From positions 1 to 64,000 of the IMG/VR virus record IMGVR_UViG_3300030419_006251: DNA of 64,000 bases. One strand, 5' to 3'. Every line of letters begins with the position of its first letter. The stretch's first letter is position 1. The notes under the pieces are model-generated. The model was not told where the DNA came from and searched no databases. It saw only the letters and a list, made by a program, of their open reading frames with translations. Made by a program: the position numbers and the translations under genes. The stretch comes from a virus. Taxonomy: Duplodnaviria > Caudoviricetes. Positions 7,004 to 15,313 of this stretch are shown piece by piece.

Positions 7004-10000
7004 TCCGGATCCTCCACCGACGAAATTTGCTGTAGTCTCTTAATTGTAAAGTTAGAAATACCTGGGATCGATTGCATACCCGGCAACAGTTCTTTCTGTA
7101 CATAGTTACGGGGTGGAAGATTGCGGTTAAGTTGAAACTTAATTGAAAGGTTGGTTATAAATGTGTGAGGTAAATCTCTTGTTGTGCCGGGCACAACACT
7201 GACGATTGTAACTCCCGGAATGCCACGAATATCGGTGAGCGTTTGGTCGCGATTGCCGCCCTTTCTTTTATGAATATTAATGCCGCAAATCGCCTCATAA
7301 ACATTCTGAATGTACGCTTCTTCGAGTGTCGGAAGTTCACAAACTTCCTCGGCCGGCAACTCGCAGGCGACGGTTTCTCCGCGTGTATTGTGTACGCATG
7401 GTGCTACGGAGCCGCACTCGGGACATTCCTCGCCGATCGTAACCTTTATTTTTAAAGCCTCATGCAAAACCGCTCTTATTGTTTCTCTTAGAGCACTAGA
7501 GTTGTACTGGTAAAGCTCGGATCTCGGCACCATGCCCACCGCGTCTGATAGGGCCGGGCCGGCCTCCGGATTGGCGATATTGCGTAACCAATAATTACTA
7601 TTAATAAGGTTTTCTGGATCGGTTGCTTCTGCGTTTTCATTCCAAAAATCTTCCCAATTTATATTACTGGTGTACAAGCCATCTGGATCTATCTCGGTTA
7701 AATTTCCTAAAGCATCGTGATACATAGTTATGCCGTCGCCGCCTGAATCTTGCCAAAATTGCCAATGCAAGTGTGGACCAGTAGAAGTACCCTCGTTACC
7801 AATGGTCCCCAAGAGGGCGCCGGCAGGAAGTCTCTGTCCGATTTCGTAGTTTACGACACTGCCCATGTGACTGCTGCTGCCATAGTACCATGACTGTGTT
7901 CGGTTGTCCCACCATCTTAGCACTACTTGTGGTCCATGGCCCGGGGCCTCTCTTATAGATACGACTTGTGCGTTCGCGGGTGATCTTATCTGACTAGCTG
8001 CCTCAGTTGCTGCTAGCATTATGTCACTATCGTTGGCCGTGTGCACATCAATACCTTGTTGTTGCAAGTGATGTAGTTCCCAAGCAAATCTTTCAGGATC
8101 AGATAGCATATTGTCCCTAGTTAGCCATCTCGGAAAAGCGATATCTGTGCCTGCATGAAACCTTTCTTGTTGGTGCACTGGGTGGAATCTATTGCCTTGA
8201 GGGCTCGTTACTATACTTGCTGGTGAAGTAAGTGGGCTGTAATCTTCAGGATCGTTGGAATACATCTCTCTGGCCTCCATCTCTAGGCGCAGATTCGTTT
8301 CAGCGGAATAGTCGTCCAGGCTTCCACCGGGATTTTCTTCTAACCACCGGGCTGCAGCCATTGCATCGGCAAGATCGGAATCCTCCTCAAAACCGCCCTC
8401 GCCTCGTTCTAGCCGTTCGTATTCCGCATCAGTTAAGTCATCGTTGTCATCAGTGTCGTCAATTCCGAAATCGTGCTCATGTTCGGGGTCGTCGTCGTCC
8501 CTGTGCGGAAGGCCGGCGCCCATCGACGGCAAGTCTTCAGGGCCGCCTCGACCATATAAACTTTCCACTATAGCGTGTCGAATTGAATTTCTTAATTTAT
8601 TACCTTTCATAGTTTGGGCCGGCCTCTCCTTATAAATAGATTCATAAATCACATTTCGTATTGCCTCCTCAAGCTGCCGTCTTGAGTTCGGAGGATCAAT
8701 CGTAAGTGCCCTCGCGAGGGCGGCGTCATAATCGCGGTTAGCCGGTTCCTCGGCTGTCTCTGCGTTAATCTCCGCATCTGCGACCGGGGACATCGGTGAT
8801 AGCTCTTGTTCCACGCGCTCTGCCTGTTCAATATCCGCATCAAGCATCCTTTCCGCGCTTCCCTCGGCATCAGTAAGGGCGTTATATAGCTTGCTGTAAT
8901 TTGGGCCTTCCCATTTATATTGCCGAAAGACTGCGCCGGGGGCCCCAGCCTCTCTCATGGCCTGCTGTATATACCCGGACCAGTGCCTTGGTGTGCCGAC
9001 TGAAGAGTGTTCCGGAGGTACTGATGTTAGAGAACCTTGCTGGAGTGGACGGAGATACTGGTTGATGAGCACCCTTCTCTCCAGCTTGTTCATTTCATCC
9101 CAAGATTCGTTTGTCCACAATATTAAAGCTTTGGCGCCGGCTGCTCTCGGATTAAATCTAGGGTCGTCTTCTGGAACATCATCGAATCTCATAGCATATG
9201 TGTCTAAAGCATTTAGAAATTGATCTGCTGTGCCTCTGCTTACTGCTGCAGCTTCTGCCTTCTCTTTATTCTCGATTGCCTCTTTAATTGCTGGACCCCA
9301 TAGACTTTGGAACGCTTTTGCAATTGTTTTAATTTCTTTATCAACATATTCCATAAATGCAATTGCACCTTTAATTTCGCGTTCAGAATCAACAGAAAGA
9401 ATCCTGACTCTGATTCCAAAGCCTAAATATCTAGAGTCTTCATCGTCTGCTTCTGGCAACCCTGCTTGCTCTGAAGCGGTTGGTGTAGCAAGAACGGTTA
9501 TAAACTCCACATTCTTTGCAAAGTCTGGGAGTACATCCTGATCGGGCGGCGCCTGGTATCTCTCCCCAAAGTCAAGCGACAATTGCTTACCGGCATACGC
9601 TTCCGCTTCCTTTTGTATGTCGCTAAGGGCCATGGCTATTTTATGCATGCCTAGACCTGTGTGCTTAACTGATGGCGGTGTGCCGAATCCAAGTGAGAAC
9701 CGCGTGCCGCCGAACGCTGTCTCAAGATCAGCCACCGTCCAGCCTGTTGCTCTATCGTGCTTTCGGAGCGAGGCTGGCATCAGCGTGGATGTGGGGATAT
9801 AGTTGATAGAACTTTGCCCCACGCCGGGAGATTTGGTTACAAACAACATTTCGCCATCGCCATCATCCGATGGAGGATAGAAGTTAAAATGTTGAAGTCG
9901 ATCGGCCAATTCCTCTGCTGGGGTGGGTAGGGGTTCGCTATGCTCTTCGTCCCAGCCAGTGGGATAATTAAGCTTATCGAAATAATTTCTTTCTATGTGA

Positions 10001-12162
10001 CCTTCTTCAACTAGCGACAGTCTGATTGCTTCCCGAATGTTCGGAACCTTTTGGTCGATATCATCCTTAATATAATCAATAAAGTTCTCGTAGTCGTCCG
10101 GCGTATAGCCGTCCTCCATGCTCCAGCGGAATCGCACTTGTAAAACTGTTGTTGGGCCCTTTTCACCTATTGCGCCGCCTTTTTGAACATTAACCTCCCA
10201 GTCTGTCTCTTCTGAGTAGATGTCCAAATTGGCTTCGATTACGCTTTCAAATTGTCTTCTCTTCTGGTAGTCGCCGCCCCAACTCTTTGGAATTATGTAT
10301 GGATTTCCGTCCTCATCTGCCCCTCTAGATGTGTAACTATTGCCGTAATCTTCCATGATGCCGTTCCAGCCTAGAAGGTTTAATTCGATTGACAAGTCTC
10401 CACTGGCATAGACATAGGGCTCTTCCCCGTCATCATTAACCTCGGCGTGAGTGCTACAGTATTCCAAACTGTTGGCAGCATAATTATTAAGCTCGTCAAC
10501 TCTCTGCTCATATTCATCAAAAAGGCTTTCCTGCTCATCTTCGTCATGACGCTCAACATTCTGATACAAGCTATAAGACTTAAACTTTGGATCGTACTGC
10601 CTAAACAGCGCATCCAAAGTGGTGCCGTCCTGCGTATCTTCATATGAACCACCATACCTAGTCAAACTGTACCAGTTGGGGGCATGCAAGCCTCCCTGCT
10701 CTGGGTGGCGCCCAAGAAAACCATTGTCTCTAAATGTCTGTTCTTGACTCTCTGCGGCCCACTTGACCATCGACTTGACAAAGCCGGGAGGAACTGCACC
10801 ATATGTTCTGTGTTCTGGGGCGATAAACTGCATATCAGTGTCGCTGTCTTCAAACTTTCTGAATCTGACGCGACCCTTTGCAACAATACCTTTAATTCCG
10901 CGCTGTTTGTCTCTAAAGATCTCCTTATCATCGAATTCGGATATATCTCCGATTTCTCGGGCTCTCTCTTCCCTGTCGCCTTCCTTTTTCTTCGGCATCA
11001 AAGACCATTCCTTGCCCTCAGCCTTAGCAACTACTGCGTCCATCACAGCCTGATCGGTTAGCAAGCCGCGAACGGCAGGGTCCAGTCCTCCATACACAGG
11101 GTCGGCATCGAAGATTGCTTGGATTGCGAATTCAAGCATATCCTCGTCCTCGCTAGTTTTGATATTGTCAATTATTTTGTATATCGATGACCAGCGAGGC
11201 TGCATGGTGGTAATATGATTTTTGATATACTCTTCTGCTTGGTACGCTGCGTGTGCTTTAAGTAACTTGCTGGTGGATCGATCCACATCGTATGCCGCTT
11301 CAGGATCGTCTGCGGTATCGTATTCTTCGTACAAACCGGACATAAGCATCTCGTACATTGTCGTTGGGACAAGGTATGCAATGGGTCCGTGGCCCTTGGC
11401 TTCTGCCACAGCACAATGAAAATGGCTATGTCCTTCGCTATGGCAAGACTTGATACTGCCGATGTCACTCATGCGGAGTACATCGACAGGGTGTCGCGAG
11501 ATAATAACTGTGTAGTCAACCTCGTCGCCGCTGAACAGGCCTTCAATCTCATTCCAATTATTATCTTTTGTATAATAAGTCTGTTTCTTGTGCCACCACT
11601 CCAACAGCTCTCTGTCTAATTTCTTCTCTTTGACAAGCTTGGCAATTGCTTTGCCCATTCCTAGCTTGTCTGTGCGCTGAATAACCTCGCCCTTGCGCGG
11701 TCCAGCTGGGATCTTCTTTTCGTAACTTTTGGCGAGGTCCAAGTCTGCAACTTCAATATCTTCTTCATAAAAGCCACCTCCCTGATCTGCAAGTCTTTGT
11801 CTCTTTTGCTTGACTTTGCGTGTGGGAAACTTGTTGGAGGTATGCATACCTCCCTCCCATGGGACCAGTTCACCAACCTTCCAGCCATCCTTTTTGAGGA
11901 CGCGAACGACCTTCTTAAGATTCAACGCATCTTCAGAGTCGAACGGCATCGCCATGCGCATCTTGCCGTCAAACAGTTCATCAAACGAATAGTCCATGAC
12001 CGATGCATCGCGCATCCATTTATAGATTTTATCTGCGGTGTCGCGAGAAATCTCGTTGAGTATTTGTAAATTTTCTTGGAGTTGAGAAGACTTATTTCTG
12101 CGTGACTCCTCTATCTTAGTTCGCGCTTGAAACTCTCTCCAAGCCTTGAAATATTTTTCCAT
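7000..12162 (-). CDS. 1720-aa tagged multidomain protein with M23 metallopeptidase domain; paralog of 41659-44277
   Basis: N-terminal 'YFKAWREF'; 'SRHPVDVLRMSD...SCH...CAVAEA.GHG.IAY' shared with the 872-aa ORF; M23 motifs 'HAGTD' and 'STGPHLH'. Confidence 0.8.
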   Translation of the reverse strand: MEKYFKAWREFQARTKIEESRRNKSSQLQENLQILNEISRDTADKIYKWMRDASVMDYSFDELFDGKMRMAMPFDSEDALNLKKVVRVLKKDGWKVGELVPWEGGMHTSNKFPTRKVKQKRQRLADQGGGFYEEDIEVADLDLAKSYEKKIPAGPRKGEVIQRTDKLGMGKAIAKLVKEKKLDRELLEWWHKKQTYYTKDNNWNEIEGLFSGDEVDYTVIISRHPVDVLRMSDIGSIKSCHSEGHSHFHCAVAEAKGHGPIAYLVPTTMYEMLMSGLYEEYDTADDPEAAYDVDRSTSKLLKAHAAYQAEEYIKNHITTMQPRWSSIYKIIDNIKTSEDEDMLEFAIQAIFDADPVYGGLDPAVRGLLTDQAVMDAVVAKAEGKEWSLMPKKKEGDREERAREIGDISEFDDKEIFRDKQRGIKGIVAKGRVRFRKFEDSDTDMQFIAPEHRTYGAVPPGFVKSMVKWAAESQEQTFRDNGFLGRHPEQGGLHAPNWYSLTRYGGSYEDTQDGTTLDALFRQYDPKFKSYSLYQNVERHDEDEQESLFDEYEQRVDELNNYAANSLEYCSTHAEVNDDGEEPYVYASGDLSIELNLLGWNGIMEDYGNSYTSRGADEDGNPYIIPKSWGGDYQKRRQFESVIEANLDIYSEETDWEVNVQKGGAIGEKGPTTVLQVRFRWSMEDGYTPDDYENFIDYIKDDIDQKVPNIREAIRLSLVEEGHIERNYFDKLNYPTGWDEEHSEPLPTPAEELADRLQHFNFYPPSDDGDGEMLFVTKSPGVGQSSINYIPTSTLMPASLRKHDRATGWTVADLETAFGGTRFSLGFGTPPSVKHTGLGMHKIAMALSDIQKEAEAYAGKQLSLDFGERYQAPPDQDVLPDFAKNVEFITVLATPTASEQAGLPEADDEDSRYLGFGIRVRILSVDSEREIKGAIAFMEYVDKEIKTIAKAFQSLWGPAIKEAIENKEKAEAAAVSRGTADQFLNALDTYAMRFDDVPEDDPRFNPRAAGAKALILWTNESWDEMNKLERRVLINQYLRPLQQGSLTSVPPEHSSVGTPRHWSGYIQQAMREAGAPGAVFRQYKWEGPNYSKLYNALTDAEGSAERMLDADIEQAERVEQELSPMSPVADAEINAETAEEPANRDYDAALARALTIDPPNSRRQLEEAIRNVIYESIYKERPAQTMKGNKLRNSIRHAIVESLYGRGGPEDLPSMGAGLPHRDDDDPEHEHDFGIDDTDDNDDLTDAEYERLERGEGGFEEDSDLADAMAAARWLEENPGGSLDDYSAETNLRLEMEAREMYSNDPEDYSPLTSPASIVTSPQGNRFHPVHQQERFHAGTDIAFPRWLTRDNMLSDPERFAWELHHLQQQGIDVHTANDSDIMLAATEAASQIRSPANAQVVSIREAPGHGPQVVLRWWDNRTQSWYYGSSSHMGSVVNYEIGQRLPAGALLGTIGNEGTSTGPHLHWQFWQDSGGDGITMYHDALGNLTEIDPDGLYTSNINWEDFWNENAEATDPENLINSNYWLRNIANPEAGPALSDAVGMVPRSELYQYNSSALRETIRAVLHEALKIKVTIGEECPECGSVAPCVHNTRGETVACELPAEEVCELPTLEEAYIQNVYEAICGINIHKRKGGNRDQTLTDIRGIPGVTIVSVVPGTTRDLPHTFITNLSIKFQLNRNLPPRNYVQKELLPGMQSIPGISNFTIKRLQQISSVEDPE

Positions 12163-12192
12163 TAATTTTGGCCCTAGTGACAGCTGTCATAA

Positions 12193-12200
12193 TAAATAGT
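12193..12200 (-). promoter_or_regulatory. putative late-promoter motif ACTATTTA
   Basis: 30 nt upstream of the 1720-aa gene, just downstream of a terminator. Confidence 0.55.
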
Positions 12201-12219
12201 TATTTCTGTGCGATAAAAC

Positions 12220-12244
12220 AAAAAAAAGAGGGCTTTATGCCCCC
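12220..12244 (-). terminator. intrinsic terminator
   Basis: GGGGC-ATAAA-GCCCT hairpin followed by C and T8 on the minus strand, right after the 12250 stop. Confidence 0.65.
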
Positions 12245-12249
12245 TAGTT

Positions 12250-12564
12250 TTAATTGGCCGTAAGAATAGGTATACCCGGAGGTAAATCGCCCGAAACAAT
12301 GCCGCCATGTTTAACCAGAATAAGAGACACGCGCTCGGCTGGCACCCATCCATATACAGTGTTTGTAGGCGCTTGAGGATCCTCGGCCCACTCCAACAAA
12401 AGCGGCTCAGCCTCGCTGGGATATCCGACCTCTACTTCGGTATACCTTTCCGCATTGTCTGTGCGCGGAGTACAATAGGCGCGCTGGTTAGCCTGCACAC
12501 TCATCGTGAATCCGTCGGCGCAACGAATAGGCTCATTTTTTTTCAATATCATCAGTTTCTCCAA
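12250..12564 (-). CDS. conserved hypothetical phage protein
   Basis: 'CADGFTMSVQA...YCTPR...EVEVGYPS...VYGWVP' resembles a common uncharacterised phage family. Confidence 0.7.
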   Translation of the reverse strand: MEKLMILKKNEPIRCADGFTMSVQANQRAYCTPRTDNAERYTEVEVGYPSEAEPLLLEWAEDPQAPTNTVYGWVPAERVSLILVKHGGIVSGDLPPGIPILTAN

Positions 12565-12899
12565 AATAATTGTATAGCTACAATCAAAAACGACAGCAGC
12601 ACACAGGTTAAAGTTTTAGGTGTAAACATGCTTTCATTCATAAAATGCCATGTTAGCAAAGGAAATGTTAAATACGACATTCCAAAGATTAATAGTCTAG
12701 GCCCCCAAAGCTCATTCATTTCTCCGACAACCATTCTAACGCCGTACCAGAAACAAAAGCTGGCCGGTGTTGCAAAGAGGAATATGGCGTGGAATGGCTT
12801 ATTCTGCCACCACTCCCAAACGAACTGTGAGTTCAACTGGAACCATACGAGAGTCTGCCCTATAACAAACAACAGGCAGCCCAGCAGAATATTTGTCAT
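12552..12899 (-). CDS. four-TM small membrane protein, DMT/SMR-like
   Basis: 115 aa, four hydrophobic segments; 'LTWHFMNES..TPK...VLLSFLIV' resembles the SMR/DMT C-terminal pattern. Confidence 0.55.
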   Translation of the reverse strand: MTNILLGCLLFVIGQTLVWFQLNSQFVWEWWQNKPFHAIFLFATPASFCFWYGVRMVVGEMNELWGPRLLIFGMSYLTFPLLTWHFMNESMFTPKTLTCVLLSFLIVAIQLFWRN

Positions 12900-12903
12900 G
12901 CTG

Positions 12904-13128
12904 CTATCTCCTAGTGTGGTATAGCGAAAGCGTCGTTTCTGGCAAATGAGTGCTATTCATATGTGCACCCTTTACCATAGCAACAATAGTCTTGCCCGGC
13001 AACTCTCTCGCTGCTGCAAGCTCTGCTTTATCTGAGTCGGGAGACAAATCGAATACTTCAGTTTCTGCTCGCTCCGTAGTTGGATTAATCGCAATTACCG
13101 TCCAAATCACAGCTTCCTCCTTTGCCAT
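12904..13128 (-). CDS. hypothetical protein
   Basis: 74-aa ORF in the packed operon. Confidence 0.55.
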   Translation of the reverse strand: MAKEEAVIWTVIAINPTTERAETEVFDLSPDSDKAELAAARELPGKTIVAMVKGAHMNSTHLPETTLSLYHTRR

Positions 13129-13390
13129 CTGGCTCTATATTTAAGTAAGTTCTAAGTTCGGTGTATCCACCAATGAACTGTTCATTGAGATTGTGCAAGT
13201 CTCTCTCCACAATCATCGGCACAGTCTCGTGATCATATCTGCTTTTCGCCTCCTTTAGAAGCTGGCCGGCTATGGGTGAGAAAATATAATTGATGTTTTT
13301 CTCCTCCAAAAGACCGATGGCATTAATACAAAACGGACACGAGGTGGTACCATGAATTATAAAATATCTTTTGCTAGTCTTCATTGTCAT
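13085..13390 (-). CDS. glutaredoxin
   Basis: 'CPFC' active site, 'TVPMI' cis-Pro motif, 'FIGGYTEL'. Confidence 0.9.
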   Translation of the reverse strand: MTMKTSKRYFIIHGTTSCPFCINAIGLLEEKNINYIFSPIAGQLLKEAKSRYDHETVPMIVERDLHNLNEQFIGGYTELRTYLNIEPDGKGGSCDLDGNCD

Positions 13391-13752
13391 CCTTTTAGAA
13401 GCTGTTTGTTGTTTAATAGTTGACTCTCAATCGCGGTGGGCGTGCCGACAACAGTAATATCGATTCCGTTTTGTCCACGATTTAAATGGATTTTGCTAAA
13501 ATCCTGTCTAGGATCTAATCCGGCTGGCAACAGGCCTTCGTTCAGTGATCTCTTGACTTCCGCATCTTCACGAATACATACGATATGCTGCGGGTTGATA
13601 TACACTTCACGCAGATGGTAAGATGGCTGACTGGAGCCACCTGTATATTTGTTATTTTTCTTAACTTCAACGAGTTTAATCACCGGCCACACTCTCATCT
13701 TTGTGAGAACACGGATAGAGGTTTTTAGTTTCAACCATCCAATATTCACCAT
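13387..13752 (-). CDS. hypothetical protein (weak FlbD-like pattern)
   Basis: 'EVYINPQHIVCIRE'; true start likely downstream of 13752. Confidence 0.55.
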   Translation of the reverse strand: MVNIGWLKLKTSIRVLTKMRVWPVIKLVEVKKNNKYTGGSSQPSYHLREVYINPQHIVCIREDAEVKRSLNEGLLPAGLDPRQDFSKIHLNRGQNGIDITVVGTPTAIESQLLNNKQLLKG

Positions 13753-13930
13753 AGATTAACACCTTTCGGCGCCCATTAATTACTGTATCCTCTTCCATAT
13801 TTGAATCCGCGACTAAAACTAATTGAGGCTTCTCTGTTTTCTTTGTTTTATTCGGATTGCCATTTGAACTGGTCTGCCATAGCGTCACAGATGAAGGAAT
13901 ATAGGCCATGTCTCCATGACTAAGCATCAT
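13676..13930 (-). CDS. hypothetical protein
   Basis: 84-aa ORF overlapping its neighbours in operon fashion. Confidence 0.55.
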   Translation of the reverse strand: MMLSHGDMAYIPSSVTLWQTSSNGNPNKTKKTEKPQLVLVADSNMEEDTVINGRRKVLIYGEYWMVETKNLYPCSHKDESVAGD

Positions 13931-14324
13931 CGCTTTGTTCCTGTAGGGTCTCAGCGCCGTGCGTGAGTTCCTCTTCCATTGCGACTAGAGAAGCCTCCGC
14001 ATCTGCAACCGCCTCTTTCAGTTCGCCAATTTTCGACTCAACAGACTCCGGTTCAGGCTCGGTCTTTGCCTTAAAATATCCGGCAAAAATACTTAAGGTA
14101 TCCGAGAGTCTCAAATCTAAATCAGCCAGCCGTGCTCGTACTGCCTGTACTCTGTCCACAACCTGTTGTGCTTGTTCGATCGGCGCAGTTCTTAAAGGCT
14201 CCTCGCAAGAAGTCAGTGTCTGACTACAAGCGCCCCCAAGCTCTTCCGCCACATCCTCGATTAATTTATATACTTCTCTTGGAACTGCATCAAGCTCCGC
14301 AGAGTATGTAATGTTTACACGCAT
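13920..14324 (-). CDS. hypothetical coiled-coil protein
   Basis: 134 aa, AGGAG RBS, first gene after a sigma70 promoter. Confidence 0.65.
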   Translation of the reverse strand: MRVNITYSAELDAVPREVYKLIEDVAEELGGACSQTLTSCEEPLRTAPIEQAQQVVDRVQAVRARLADLDLRLSDTLSIFAGYFKAKTEPEPESVESKIGELKEAVADAEASLVAMEEELTHGAETLQEQSDDA

Positions 14325-14366
14325 TATTGTTCTCCTTTTTTTGCAATATTGCTAATGAATTTACTC

Positions 14367-14408
14367 ATACTGTATATACAGTATAATGCTATATGACTGC
14401 TTTGTCAA
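14367..14408 (-). promoter_or_regulatory. sigma70-type promoter overlapped by an 18-bp perfect palindrome
   Basis: TTGACA(14408-14403)-17 nt-TATACT(14385-14380); palindrome ATACTGTATATACAGTAT at 14367-14384. Confidence 0.75.
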
Positions 14409-14413
14409 TAATT

Positions 14414-15010
14414 TTATCTATATTTTTTTAAATAACGCTCTTCAATTAAAAAGGGCGTCTCTTCGGCCACCGGTAATACTAGATACCTTTTTGACCCTTT
14501 CGCAGCACTGACTATCGGGGCCGCGAAAGGCTTTATAACAATCAGCGGCACACTATCATACTCAGATAAGCCCAGCGGCTCTAGTGCTGGCTTTCGTATG
14601 GAAGTCAAGTCTCCTTTATTATACAACGGAGATGTTTCGTGTTCTTGTAAGACCTTTTGTGCATACTTGTTTTGTGTTAGTTTTCTGTACTCGCTATCGC
14701 TTGGCACAAACTGATCATCAGATAAAAGCCTGTAGGAAAGGTCACTAAAATAAGGAGGGTTCTCCTTGTAATACTGTGCACATATAATTGCCACTTTTCT
14801 TTCTTCTTCTGTCCAATTGTTTGAGTTGTCGCTCTTAGTAGTCGTATAATTAAATTCGATGTTCTTTAGTGCTTCAAGTTGTTTGCTTGTCAGGCCCCTA
14901 TCTTCGTCCCAAACCTTTAAAGATAAAACGAACTGGCGCGCTTTGGGAGCTAAATTAAACTCATTCAGCAACCTTTCAATTAGTTCTGCGCTGGCGTCTA
15001 TCCTTCTCAT
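14414..15010 (-). CDS. hypothetical protein
   Basis: 198-aa ORF, no confident motif. Confidence 0.65.
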   Translation of the reverse strand: MRRIDASAELIERLLNEFNLAPKARQFVLSLKVWDEDRGLTSKQLEALKNIEFNYTTTKSDNSNNWTEEERKVAIICAQYYKENPPYFSDLSYRLLSDDQFVPSDSEYRKLTQNKYAQKVLQEHETSPLYNKGDLTSIRKPALEPLGLSEYDSVPLIVIKPFAAPIVSAAKGSKRYLVLPVAEETPFLIEERYLKKYR

Positions 15011-15013
15011 TCA

Positions 15014-15286
15014 TCATTGTATAATTACCGATTCCCATATTTGCTTGGCCGCCAACATTAGTATACCGGAAATTAATATCCACTGTATCTTTGCTGTACT
15101 CTCTTTCCACTGTTCTAATGCTCTGATTCTGGCATATAAGCCCTCATCCGGATTGTAGACAGCTTCTTTGATTTTGCCAATATCTTCGCACATTTTTGCT
15201 TGATTTTGGCTTAAAGCCTCAATACCGTTAAGCAATCGTTCTAATTTAGTATTGAGTTCAATGAGGGTATCTGTATAATCTTCCAT
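15014..15286 (-). CDS. coiled-coil protein with C-terminal TM helix (XhlA/holin-like candidate)
   Basis: Coiled coil then 'IQWILISGILMLAAKQIW'; ACTATATA motif upstream. Confidence 0.55.
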   Translation of the reverse strand: MEDYTDTLIELNTKLERLLNGIEALSQNQAKMCEDIGKIKEAVYNPDEGLYARIRALEQWKESTAKIQWILISGILMLAAKQIWESVIIQ

Positions 15287-15294
15287 TGCAATAT

Positions 15295-15302
15295 TATATA
15301 GT
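15295..15302 (-). promoter_or_regulatory. putative late-promoter motif ACTATATA
   Basis: Variant octamer 8 nt upstream of ATG. Confidence 0.4.
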
Positions 15303-15313
15303 CTTTTAAAGGA

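Noticed and set aside
13387-13752. Flagellar FlbD assignment
   Set aside because: Only a short 'INP..I' resemblance; not enough for a functional call
14370-14381. LexA SOS box in the palindrome
   Set aside because: It reads CTGT-N4-ACAG, not the CTGT-N8-ACAG spacing of the gammaproteobacterial box
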